A stretch of 63,610 nucleotides of DNA, filler included, from Octopus bimaculoides (taxonomy: Eukaryota), in the NCBI RefSeq assembly GCF_001194135.2. It is 4 parts of 4 records of this genome, joined end to end, with 100 filler letters (N's around TTAATTAATTAA, not from the genome) between each part and the next. Parts side by side here need not be neighbours in the genome. Positions count along the whole stretch, not along the records: positions 18,579 to 34,135 come from NC_068982.1; positions 34,236 to 52,612 come from NC_069010.1; 2 more parts are not named here. One strand, given 5' to 3'. This document shows positions 25,465 through 37,306 of the stretch, one piece after another (positions within the stretch are counted from its first letter, which is position 1; every line of letters begins with the position of its first letter). Below the pieces are notes generated by a model that was not told the origin of the DNA, did not search any database, and was given only the letters and a program-made list of their open reading frames with translations. A program made the translations under genes and the position numbers.

Positions 25465-26175
25465 CCTAAACCCTAACGTATAGTTTTTTTTTAATTTTTA
25501 TTTTACGCAAAAAGATTTCGTTGAGGATTTTTTCCTTTTAAAATTATTTACTTCGAATGTTTCACCTGACATAATTCATTAAAACTATTTAAAACTTCTT
25601 ACAACTTTCGTCGTCGTAATGTTTAATAAATAAGCGATCTTTCGGAAGATTGCCTATAAAGATTCATCGTTATAGTGTTTTTGCTTTCATTTTGTGATTA
25701 GACAGCTATCAAACTGAAAATGCTTGCTTCCAAATCTTGTTTTCTGATTGGGTAAAAATGATCAAACTTCAAACCACTATAACATTTTTCTAAAAACATT
25801 TTCCTGGAACAAATGTATAACAATCTTTTCTGTTTTTGCTCATACTTTTTGAAATTTTAAAATTAAGGGAAAATTTTGAAATTTGGTACATTGCTGTAAT
25901 TTTTCAAGCTGAATCTGTTATTGTTATTCACTTGTCCGAGAAAAAGTTTTGCGAAAAATGTCAGAATTTGATTATTTTTACCCAATCAGAAAACAAGATT
26001 TGGAAGCTGGCATTTTCTGCATGATAGCTGTCTTTGACACCAGACAAAACATTACAACGACTACGAGGGAAGATTTAATTAGTTTTAATGAATAAAGTCA
26101 TGTGAAATGTTCGAACAGGCATATAAGCAATACCAAAAGGAAAAATCCTCAATAAAAGTTTGGCGGAGTTAGGAA
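25465..26175. mobile_element. imperfect palindromic foldback / MITE-like element
   Basis: Perfect 34-bp inverted pair 25726-25759 / 25974-26007, with further mirrored blocks outward (ttcgaatgtttcacctgac vs gtcatgtgaaatgttcgaa; gaggatttttccttt vs aaaggaaaaatcctc). Related sequence at 24130-24235. Confidence 0.7.
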
Positions 26176-27997
26176 GCACTAACAAGTTGGAATTTCTACG
26201 CTTTTTTTCACGGTGCCCTTGGAAATCACACACCATTTCGTTTGAAAATATTTACTTTTTTTTATCGAAAAGACTTCTCTTATAGTTTTCAAGTGCGTAG
26301 TGCCTCCAAAAATTATCGTGTGTAGTGCCTACAAAATCAACTAAAATCGGTCCCAAGAGACGGGATAAAAAACAGACATTTTTCACAGCTTTTTTTTCTT
26401 TTTATAAAAAGATAACACACAACATCTCCAAGGGCACCATGAAANNNNNNNNNNNNNNNNNNNNNNNNNNNNNNNNNNNNNNNNNNNNNNNNNNNNNNNN
26501 NNNNNNNNNNNNNNNNNNNNNNNNNNNNNNNNNNNNNNNNNNNNNNNNNNNNNNNNNNNNNNNNNNNNNNNNNNNNNNNNNNNNNNNNNNNNNNNNNNNN
26601 NNNNGCACATGAATACCATCTTTTACTCAACGCTGTGGTTCACTGTTCTATGTTGAAAATTATAACCATCAATTTCAGGAATGTGAGAGTAGGCTCTCCA
26701 CGAAAAACTGGGAATTGTGGTTCCTGGAAGAATCGACTGATGTATGCATTCTTCCAATGTGTTGCAATTCCGACATGGCACCACATAAAAAAAAAAACAT
26801 GTCTGGTCTTGCAATGCACTCTTCCAGAAACCCACTGCTCTGGTAGCACTCTCCCTCTGTAGTATTTACATCTTGAGAAGACTCTTTCATTTATCTCAAC
26901 ATTCTTCCCCTAGCAGGCACCAATATGTTTGTAGCTTTCGATTGGCTAAAACAGACTAGACCTTGGCTTGTTACTATGGAAACAGGCACCAATATGCTAA
27001 AATTACCCCAAATTTGCAGACTTTATAAGCTATTAACTTCTTATTAATTAATTTATGGCAAAAATGAATTTCATTTCCGTAATTAGCATACAAAACTACA
27101 CGAGTACACCAAATTTGAAATCAAATGGAACAAAATTAAAAGAATTAAAAAGTGTGAGTCAAACAGAAAAGGTACCAAAGTCAGATTCAGTGTAAAAAAA
27201 GTCGCATCAATATACCAAATTTGAAACATTTCACTTAATCTTAGAATTTAAAAATCTGTGACAACAGAAAAGAACCCCTTACACAAACAACTCTAGGATC
27301 TGTATTTATGTAAATGCTTCTCCCTCTATTTCTCCCATTTCCTTCTGTTCATGCTTCACCTCTTTAATAGACAACATTCTCTCCTTACCAACTAGAACCA
27401 TCTCCAACAGTGATGTATTAAATTCTACAACTATTGAGGAGACTTAGATTGTTGGTTTCAGAGTTGAGTAAATTGATTGCTGAGTCTTTCGCAATTTACA
27501 GTCAAAACACATTTTAGCCTCTACTCTTTTTGATCACTTTCATCAATATTCAAGATACTGCTTATTTATTACAAGTGCCAAATTTTCTAGAGGATGAGTT
27601 CACACTTTACTGGGCCAAGATGAGATCTACATTTCCATTGCTCTCAGTCAGAGTTGATGTATGTGAGAAATGAGTTTTCAGTATGACAATCCTTTCCCTC
27701 AATTCCAGAAGTCTTCATGGATTATCATGTCGATTGAATGACTCACTTTGCTCACCAAAATGATATAAACCTAATTATTAAACATCCCATAACCTGAGTA
27801 AATATCCCCTCAATTCTGAAGTCAGTGGGTTGTCCAGGGAGACTAAAAAGAAACCCAATAGACTCATTATTTGCTACTTAGCTAGAAGCATATACCTTAT
27901 ATGGGATATCATTCTTTGTAATCAGTATCTATTTGCTTACTGTTTTTTGCACATTTGATGTGTTGACTATGAAATCACTTGCATGTTTTGGGGGTTT

Positions 27998-28180
27998 GTT
28001 TTCATTATTGTGGATCTCCTTTGAACTTCTTGGAGGGTCAGTAATTGTTAAGGTTTGATATATTTTCTGGTATTAAAATAAAGGACCAGTCTTTGAGATG
28101 CAGTCCCAGCTTTGTTGAGGATGTGTGTTTACCATGAGAGATCTTCAGTGATAGTTAGGTCTGACATTTGGAATGAGTGT
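27998..28180 (-). mobile_element. CR1/L2-type LINE RT C-terminal remnant
   Basis: Minus-strand DLTITEDLSW*THILNKAGTASQRL...QLLTLQEVQRRSTIM resembles the LG.TI..DLSW..HI...ASQRL region. A separate + strand fragment VLDISKAFDPVW lies at about 28728-28765. Confidence 0.55.
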
Positions 28181-28903
28181 AGGATCTCCAGCTGTGTGCT
28201 TCTCATGCTTAAGGAAAGTAAGGCATGATGTTGTGCTCTTGAAATTAATTGTGCTTACTTTTTGCTGTTGGAAAAGATAAGATTGACATGACTCCATTAA
28301 AGGATTTGTTTCATGTCTCTCTTCATAGAATTAGTGCCGGTGTTGAGAAAGCATGTGTATGCCAACCATGTCTTCAATTTACAAAACACCTGAATTGGAG
28401 TTTACGCTGTTGTGATTACTTCAAAATTCCTCTGATTTTACAAACCACACATTCCCACAATTTGTCTTGTGTAATTTTACTAAGGTAGTGATTTGCTGTT
28501 ATTCTTAGGTACCGATAGCCAATTTTTCTTCAGAAGATTTATTTTATAGACAGTAATTTCTTACCAAGAGATAACAAAGATGATGAAGACTATCATGAAA
28601 TCACCTCTAGCCCTCTCTTTTTTTCAGTGACAACTAATATGGTTTTCATAGATTTACTGTGGACTTGTTCTCCTATGTTACTCATCAGTAGTCTCTTTGC
28701 CCTAAGGAATTCAATGAAAATCATGTTGTGCTTGACATCAGCAAAGCATTTGATCCTGTCTGGCACAAGTCTCAATGTAATAGATATTAAACTAATCAAG
28801 ACGGCTGAACATAAAACGTAAAAAAATAATCAACCATAAATGTTTTAATGCTTTAAAGTTCTTAAATTGTTATTTATATTATAGATTCACCAAAATTATT
28901 GCA

Positions 28904-29924
28904 ATGGCCAGTTCAGTTGTTACTGCAAGATACTTGCCTCCTGAGAAAGTATTTTTAAAAAATCTTAGTACACCAGAAGGAGATTTAAGCTATGAAATTG
29001 AAAGGTTATTGACATTTTTTGAGAATATGCATCCAAAGCTAACAGCTATCGAGCTTGCTACAAATGGTTATTATTATGATACTACAGAAGGCAAAATAAT
29101 GTGCTTTTCTTGCAAAATTGTAGTTAAATTTTCAGATTCCAGTTTTAAACATAAACACCCATGTAGATACAAAATTGACAGTATTCCAGTCTTTTTATAT
29201 GATGAAGCAGATGGTGAAAATGCAGCAGCTTTTAGTGTTCAAAACACTACTCTAGAAACTGATTCAGTGATACCTAAAAAAGAAACTTTAAATACAGATC
29301 AAATGCTTGATATGCAAAGAAGACTGGATACCTTTAAGAAGTGGAACAGAAGTACTCCAGTAACACCCACAGACCTTGCCAAGAGTGGATTTTATTACTT
29401 AGGATATGGAGATGCTGTTAAGTGTGCATATTGCTCTGTCCAACTGCGCAACTGGAAAGAAAATGATAACGTCCAAGACGAACATACACGTTTTAGTTCG
29501 AAATGTCCAAATTTAGAATCTTTTTTTAAAACGGGATTAAAATCTGAACTGAATCGGATAAAAAGTTTTCTTAAGTGGTCAACAGATTATCCATTAAAAC
29601 CTAATGATTTGGCAGCTAATGGTTTCTATCACAAGGGGCCTGCAGATAATGTCTGTTGTATTTTCTGCAAATGTGAAATCAAAAATTGGAAAGCCAATGA
29701 TAATATTAAAGAAAAACATAGGTTCGTTTCTCCAAACTGTCTCTTTTTGTGTGAGGACTTTGTGGATAATATACCAATACCAAATAAGAGTGATATAATA
29801 TTTGACCGTCCAATACATCCAGGTCTTGCCTTGTTAAGTGAACGCCTTAGAACATTCTCTTCATGGCCCAAAAATAAAAAACAAGATCCTAAAGCCTTAG
29901 CTGAAGCTGGATTTTATCACAATG
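28904..29924 (+). CDS. IAP: inhibitor of apoptosis (BIR-domain) protein, first coding exon: shortened BIR1, BIR2, BIR3 and N-half of BIR4 (symbol is family-level only)
   Basis: 340 codons plus 1 nt. BIR2 CAYC-x16-H-x6-C and BIR3 CIFC-x16-H-x6-C are exact. RLxTF and LAxxGFYY motifs occur four times. Acceptor ttatag| at 28884 and phase-1 donor G|gtaagt at 29924/29925 after AGFYHNG, the usual IAP intron position. Downstream exons not found in the window. Confidence 0.95.
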
Positions 29925-30469
29925 GTAAGTATACGTAATATTTATGTTTGTTTTTTTTTTGTTTTTGTTTTTTTATAAATAATCTCTTCTGCAATATTAT
30001 TTCTTGTTTCTATGCCTACATGTATAGCATGTTTATAAAAATTGAATCTTTACATACTGTTGGAGATAGCTGGGTAAACTAAAGTAAGCAAAGAAAATAT
30101 GCCCTAACTCTTTTTTTTCAAGGACCTAATATAATGACTAGGAAAAGTTTGAGCTTATGATCAGATTATAATTTTAAATTATGTTTTATTTTGTTTATTA
30201 TTTTCAAAATAAAAACATGATACAATAAGAAAAACATGATACATGTTTAAAATTTTTCATCACCATTTCTTAAGCCATATTTATATATCAAATAAAAAAA
30301 AGTAATCTATCTCAAGCTTTTAATGGATTGGCCTGTATTTCCTTTACAACAAGAAACATATTCCTGTCCCTTATTTCATACTTTAACCACCCAACACTTA
30401 GAAAAAAGTCACCTTCCCCACTACTGTATTCCCACTTAGAGAGTTCTTTAGTCTTGTAAGTTAGTTGGT

Positions 30470-30625
30470 GACTTCACTAGTGTTGGTTCCATGAAAGTGG
30501 TTGACATTAGGAAGGGCATCCAGCTGTAGAAACTGTCAAAGCAGACATTGGAATATGAGACCGGTCTCCAACTCATAAAATCATATCAAACTGCCCAATC
30601 TATGCCAGCATGGAATACAAAAGTA
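30470..30625 (+). mobile_element. SINE family C fragment
   Basis: ggttgacattaggaagggcatccagctgtagaaact matches the reverse of 51370-51410; another fragment at 31855-32030. Confidence 0.6.
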
Positions 30626-30708
30626 TGAAGGTAGGTAATAAGTTATGAAATAATCACATAAACTGGGATAGAGAATATGCCATTTGAATGCTGGTATCAG
30701 GTCATTGT

Positions 30709-31080
30709 GGAGGCACAGTGGCCCCCAGTGGTTAGGGCAGCGGACTTGCAGTCATAGGATCACGGTTTCGATTCCCAGACCGGGCGTTGTGAGTGTTTAT
30801 TGAGCGAAAACACCTAAAGCTCCATGAGGCTCCGGCAGGGGACGGTGGCGAACCCTGCTGTACTCTCTCACCACAACTTTCTCTCACTCTTACTTCCTGT
30901 TTCTGTTGTGCCTGTAATTCAAAGGGTCAGCCTTGTCACGCTGAATATCCCCGAGAACTACGTTAAGGGTACACGTGTCTGTGGAGTGCTCAGCCACTTA
31001 CACGTTAATTTCACGAGCAGGCTGTTCCGTTGATCGGATCAACTGAAACCCTCGACGTCGTAAGCGACGGAGTGCCAACA
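30709..31080 (+). mobile_element. tRNA-derived SINE family D, full length
   Basis: Head ggaggcacagtggcccccagtggttagggcagcggac...ggtttcgattcccagacc; colinear with 14152-14545 on the opposite strand. Confidence 0.85.
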
Positions 31081-32071
31081 TCAGGTCATTAGCTTAAAAA
31101 ATGGCGAGGAGGATCCAAGGGACGTAACTCTGATGGGCTTAAGAGCCAACCCTGTTGTTTTGGTTGTTTCTTTTATTCTTTCATCCATAAATTTCATTCC
31201 TGTTTTTTACACAGCACTGAGATCCAGAAAGCAGATGATGTGCTATTCTCAGGCATCCAGTAGCAAAGAGCCCAAACTATATTTTGCCGTCTTTCTATTT
31301 CTGGTAGGTTTTCAGTGTGAAACCATTCAGTAAAATAAATTTAATGTTATGACTCTGAAATTATATAAGACGGAGAATCGTTACCATACTGGGCTTAATA
31401 CTTAGCAGCATTTTGCCTGTCTGTATGTATTTTCTGCATATGAAATCTGTCAAGGTCAACTTTGCCTTTCATCCTTTTGGGGTCGATAAAAGAAGTACCA
31501 GTTGAGAACTGAGGTTGATGTAATCAACTTGCCTCCCCCATCTCTGAAATCTCTGGCCTTGTGCCAAAATTTGATGCCAACATTATATGTTATATATGTG
31601 ACTAATATTATATATGCATATAGATAGATATAGATGCAGGTATGATCATGGTTAAGAAGCTTGCTTCCCAACTATGTGATCTAGGACTTTTACTTTAGCC
31701 CTACGCCAACCAAAGCTTTTTTACTGAATTTAGTAGATAGAACTCAAACCAAGCATGTTGTGCGTGTGTGTGTGTGCATGTATTTGTATGTACCCTTATT
31801 TAGACCTCACATATTGGTTGTAAATGAGCATCATCAGCATACAAGCATGGTTGTTCATTTCTAGTCTTACATGAAAAACATGCTTAGCTAGAAGGATTAC
31901 CTTGCTTGGAAACAGGTGAGGGTTTGCAACAGGAAGGGTGTCCAGGCATAGATAATCTATATCAATAAATACCATCTGACCCATGCAAGCACAGAAAAAT
32001 GGACATTAAATGTTGATGATTATGATGATGATATATATGTCAGTGTGTATGTATGTATATTTATATATATA

Positions 32072-32126
<55 letters not shown>

Positions 32127-32977
32127 GCACACACACACACACTGATATTGCTGAATTTCTTCTGACCTGGTGGTCTAATGGCACAACTTAGTCAATGTTG
32201 TTGACTGTTTTAGTCTCAGTCTGTCCAGAGTTACCTCTCTTCGATATTTCCCATCGATAGTGGCTGAAGAGCTTGAAATTGTGTCTGGGAATCCAACAGG
32301 GTGCAGCACTGGACAGATATGATGTTTTTACATCTTTCTACTATAAGAGAGAACTTTTTCTGCACAATAACTGCAGTGAATTTGCCTTTAGAAGTTGCGA
32401 TATGTCACAGACCTATTTCAGCTAACCTCAGGTTTGCTTATATATATAGATTTAATGTACAATATATGGATTTAAATCTAACTAATCTGGTGGTACCCCT
32501 ACAAAAAAGCTCCTTTAATGAATCAGGCAACAAACCACATACAAAACCAAAACGAAACAAAGGGATGTAATGTATAGTCTGATGCAGTTGAAATCCAGTA
32601 AATCCAATTGTTAATGATTGTTTCATTAAGAGTGTATAAAATACAAGTTTTCTTATAAGATTATTTTATAAATCTGCCTTCATCTTCAATGACTTCTTCG
32701 GTGCAGGATTGGAATTATTGACATCTCTGCACTGAATGGTCTTTATTCGTTTAAGACATCACCTGCACAATAGCAGCCTTCAGTAACATGTAGAAGTGAC
32801 TAGGTACACATTTGCTTAACAATTTGGATTTTGAAGAACAAGTCAAGAGGAGGCTACACTGGGAGAGCATATATGAGCAGTATACTAAATATAACAAACA
32901 GGACACTAGAATGAATTTTTTATTATTATCATGGTCACAGCAACAAGGTCCTTTCATTCTTATCTCTCCCAGTGCAG

Positions 32978-33360
32978 AGATAAGATTGACATGACTCCAT
33001 TAAAGGATTTGTTTCATGTCTCTCTTCGTAGAATTAGTGCAGGTATTGAGAAAGCATGTGTATGCCAACCATGTCTTCAATTTACAAAACACCTGAATTG
33101 TCCACGATAATGTCCACGAAGAACATACATGTTTTAGTTCAAAATGTCCAAATTTAGGATCTTTTATGAAAATGAATTTAAAATCTGAACTGAATCGGAT
33201 AAAAAATGTTCCTAAGTGGTCAACATCTTACCCATTAAAACCTAATGATTTGGCAGCTAATGGTTTCTATCACAAGGTGCATGCAGATAATGTCTGTTGT
33301 ATTTTCTACAAATGTGAAATCAAAAATTGGAAAGCCAATGATAATATTAAAGAAAAACAT
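32978..33360 (+). pseudogene. internally deleted duplicate of the IAP intron-1/exon-2 region
   Basis: 32978-33100 matches 28275-28397 (123 bp) and 33106-33360 matches 29465-29719 (255 bp). About 1.07 kb between them is missing, including acceptor and ATG. The BIR3 zinc ligand is changed CIFC to CIFY. Confidence 0.9.
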
Positions 33361-33600
33361 TGGTCCTCCTGCCACACCTCCCAGTGCAAAATCACTGCCT
33401 CAAGGTCCTGGATACATTCCAAGCCAGTGTCTGCAATCAAGCTGTTGATAAATGTGTGACAACGTTTTTCTCTTCCTGCATTATCATGAAGTGGTTTCCA
33501 CAAAACTAATTTGGATGCTTCCAGTTCAAGGTAGTACATGCAGTGACCAGACAGTGACAGCCATCTTTACCTGATCTTCTCACTAACTTTCGGCAGGGCT
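33361..33600 (-). mobile_element. RTE-type LINE 3' remnant truncating the IAP duplicate
   Basis: Minus-strand RCHTFINSLIADTGLECIQDLEAVILHWEVWQ resembles the RTE C-terminal T(Y/F)ID.L..DTGL...DR..WR. Confidence 0.5.
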
Positions 33601-33884
33601 CCTGCATTCATAGCATCCTTGTATAGTAGCCATCTAGCCTGTTTAATGGATTACATTCATATATAGAAACCCCACTGTATATATATTCAGTTATGTACCA
33701 TAAAAAATATTTTGAGATGTCATCAAATGACACTTCACTGAAATGGGTAGCCTGATTGTGACTCCTTAGGAGAAAACTGACTTATTGCAAAGAATAGCAA
33801 ATGGCTATAAAGAAAGATGTAAATGTTGTGAAGTCAAATTATGTTTACATACGTGTATATATGTATATATATATATATATATAT

Positions 33885-34135
33885 AAAAAAGTAAACCTAA
33901 AAATAGAAACAGACATATTTTACAAAACCACAGACGCCAAACAATATCTATTTGATTCATGCCACCCAAGACAAACATCCCCTTCAACCTTGCAAGAAGG
34001 ATATGCACAATAGTGTCAGAAGAAAATACTAGAGACTACAGACTACAAGAACTCAAAAACACACTAATTGACAGACACTACCCAGTTCAACTCATAGAGG
34101 ATGGAATCAGACGTGCATCACAAATTAACATAGAA
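33885..34135 (+). mobile_element. Penelope-like element RT C-terminal remnant, cut by the join
   Basis: IETDIFYKTTDAKQYLFDSCHP (frameshift) TNIPFNLARRICTIVSEENTRDYRLQELKNTLIDRHYP... Confidence 0.8.
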
Positions 34136-34235
34136 NNNNNNNNNNNNNNNNNNNNNNNNNNNNNNNNNNNNNNNNNNNNTTAATTAATTAANNNNNNNNN
34201 NNNNNNNNNNNNNNNNNNNNNNNNNNNNNNNNNNN
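34136..34235. other. artificial 100-base assembly join (44 N + TTAATTAATTAA + 44 N)
   Basis: Same layout as 18479 and 52613. Confidence 0.92.
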
Positions 34236-34877
34236 GCGGTACTGGCAACGGCCACGCTCAAAATGGTGCATCTTATGTGCCACCCGCACAAGAGCCAGTC
34301 CAGGGGCACTGGCAATGATCTTACTTGGCTTGCCGGATATATATATATATAAATTGAGGGAGGTGAACAAGTAAAATCAGGCTACATGTATTTCTTTGCT
34401 AACTGATCCTCTAATGTAACAATTATTGAATGAGGGATGCTCAACTAAGCTATTCATCAGGCTGAGAATTGCTTAATTATATGGAGGTTAAATTGGCTCT
34501 TAGGAATCCTAAGTTAACTCACTGCAGATGTGAGTTGAAATGATTTATGAAGCCAGAGGAACAGAATGAAAAGACAAATGTTTGAAGAAATAAAACAGCC
34601 GAGAAGTAAGAAAAGGAAAGTATAAGGTGAAATATGTGGAAGTGTGTATTGTATAAGATTATTCAGACTGTTGATGGGAGAGTCCATCTTAGACAAAACC
34701 ACAACAGCTTCATGTCATTCTTTTTTCTGTACAAAAAGTAAAACACAATTAAAGAAACATTTATTATATTTATAGAAGGAAAGACACTCAAGGGCCATTG
34801 GAAAGATGCTTGAGGGTCATGTGTGACCCTGAGAGCTGTGGTTGAGAACCACTGATCTAAGATGTCTGTATCTCCAT

Positions 34878-36115
34878 CCACTATCTGAAATGCCAGTGCC
34901 ACCATCTGCTATATTTAGTGTTTGTGCCACAGTCAGCTATTTGCAAGATCACTGACCCTGCCCACAATGTATAGAGNNNNNNNNNNAAAGAGCCAGTACC
35001 TATTTCTGCTATGTTTAATGTCACTGCCCCTGTCTCTTATCTGTGGTACCTTTCCACTATCTGAAATGCCAGTGCCACCATCTGCTATATTTAGTATTTT
35101 CTGCTCCAGTCAGCTATTTACAAGATCACTGACCCTGCCCACAATGTATAGAGCCAGTACCTATTTCTGCTATGTTTAATGTCACTGCCCCTGTCTCTTA
35201 TCTGTGGTACCTTTCCACTATCTGAAATGTCAGTGCCACCATCTGCTATATTTAGTGTTTGTGCCACAGTCAGCTATTTGCAAGATCACTGACCCTGTNN
35301 NNNNNNNNNNNNNNNNNNNNNNNNNNNNNNNNNNNNNNNNNNNNNNNNNNNNNNNNNNNNNNNNNNNNNNNNNNNNNNNNNNNNNNNNNNNNNNNNNNNN
35401 NNNNNNNNNNNNNNNNNNNNNNNNNNNNNNNNNNNNNNNNNNNNNNNNNNNNNNNNNNNNNNNNNNNNNNNNNNNNNNNNNNNNNNNNNNNNNNNNNNNN
35501 NNNNNNNNNNNNNNNNNNNNNNNNNNNNNNNNNNNNNNNNNNNNNNNNNNNNNNNNNNNNNNNNNNNNNNNNNNNNNNNNNNNNNNNNNNNNNNNNNNNN
35601 NNNNNNNNNNNNNNNNNNNNNNNNNNNNNNNNNNNNNNNNNNNNNNNNNNNNNNNNNNNNNNNNNNNNNNNNNNNNNNNNNNNNNNNNNNNNNNNNNNNN
35701 NNNNNNNNNNNNNNNNNNNNNNNNACAAGATCACTGACCCTGCCCACAATGTATAGAGCCAGTACCTATTTCTGCTATGTTTAATGTCACTGCCCCTGTC
35801 TCTTATCTGTGGTACCTTTCCACTATCTGAAATGTCAGTGCCACCATCTGCTATATTTAGTTTTTTCTGCTCCAGTCAGCTATTTGCAAGATCACTGCCC
35901 CTGCCCACAATGTATAGAGCCAGTACCTATTTCTGCTATGTTTAATGTCCCTGCCCCTGTCTCTTATCTGTGGTACCTTTCCACTATCTGAAATGTCAGT
36001 GCCACCATCTGCTATATTTAGTGTTTGTGCCACAGTCAGCTATTTGCAAGATCACTGACCCTGTCCACAATGCATAAAGCCAGTATCCCTGTCTGCTATG
36101 CTTAATGTCAATGCC
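34878..36115. repeat. about 161-bp tandem satellite with alternating A/B units
   Basis: Unit starts ccactatctgaaat at 34878, 35054, 35215, 35820 and 35981 (spacings of 161 where gap-free). Confidence 0.92.
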
Positions 36116-36526
36116 ACTACTGACTGTGTTACCAGATCAAGCTGTGGAGTTTATTAAAGAACAATTTGATTGTGAAAGATAAACTGAAGTATCAGTGGCC
36201 AGGGCGTACATGTATGATAAAAAGACTTTGATATTTGATAATAATTATAAATAAATTAAATAACCTGCTTCTTGCACATCATCCATTCTCTTTCCTGAGC
36301 CACTCCAATACCTCTCACTTTACCATCTGCCATACTGATATTTATTTCCCTTTAGATGCACCTCCACCCCTGTCCGTCAGTCATTATATTGACCTCAATT
36401 CACATCTTAAATCATATGTCAAAACCCACTGTTGTTCCCAGGTATACTCTGATCCCAAGTCGTACCAACTATCAAGGTCCCAGCTATGAGTTGACTAGTT
36501 GAAAATATGTGTAAAAGAAATATAAA

Positions 36527-36769
36527 AAGTGGAGGAGAAATGCCTTCATTTCATATAGTTTAATATCTTTTTATAAATATATAAATATATATATGCATTT
36601 AAATTAGCTTTTCAAGGGGCCTTGTACAGTAATCAGTTCTCGTGACAGAGGGGTTGAAAAGCTAATTTAAACAGCAAAAATCGGTTGGATTTCACAACAT
36701 CCATATAATATGCATATATTTATAAGAAGATATTAAACTATATGAAGTGAAGGCATTTCTCTTCCACTT
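36527..36769. mobile_element. 243-bp MITE-like element with about 55-bp TIRs
   Basis: aagtggaggagaaatgccttcatttcatatagtttaatatc... mirrored at 36715-36769; inner inverted pair ttaaattagcttttcaa / ttgaaaagctaatttaa. Confidence 0.75.
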
Positions 36770-36770
36770 A

Positions 36771-37000
36771 CTCTTTTACTTGTTTCAGTCATTTTTGACT
36801 GCGGCCATGCTGGAGCAGCGCCTTTAGTCGAGAAAATTGAGCCCGGGACTTGTTCTTTGTAAGCCTAGTACTTATTCTATTGGTCTCTTTTTGCCAAACC
36901 GCTAAGTTACGGGGACGTAAACACACCAGCATCGGTTGTCAAGCGATGTTGGGGGGGGGGACAAACACAGACACACAAACATATACACATGCATACACAT

Positions 37001-37045
<45 letters not shown>

Positions 37046-37306
37046 NNNNNNNNNNNNNNNNNNNNNNNNNNNNNNNNNNNNNNNNNNNNNNNNNNNNNNN
37101 NNNNNNNNNNNNNNNNNNNNNNNNNNNNNNNNNACATATATACGACGGGCTTCTTTCAGTTTCCGTCTACCAAATCCACTCACAAGGCTTTGGTCAGCCC
37201 GAGGCTATAGTAGAAGACACTTGCCCAAGGTGCCACGCAGTGGGACTGAACCCAGAACCATGTGGTTGGTAAACAAGCTACTTACCACACAGCCACTCCT
37301 GTGCCT
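36771..37306 (-). mobile_element. SINE family B, full length
   Basis: Reads on minus aggcacaggagtggctgtgtggtaagtagcttg...ggttctgggttcagtcccactgcgtggcaccttgggcaagtgtc...; tRNA-like head, a CORE-like ccttgggcaagt motif and an internal microsatellite. Confidence 0.88.

Noticed and set aside
29925-29938. Stop codon ending ORF 28904-29938 as the true IAP C-terminus
   Set aside because: The ORF reads through a strong gtaagt donor in mid-BIR; KYT* is intronic.
30709-30785. tRNA gene
   Set aside because: A/B-box-like head continues into a 370-bp repeat body shared with 14152-14545; it is a SINE head. The same applies to families A and B.
34878-36115. CRISPR-like array
   Set aside because: Contiguous tandem units with no unique spacers, in a eukaryotic context.
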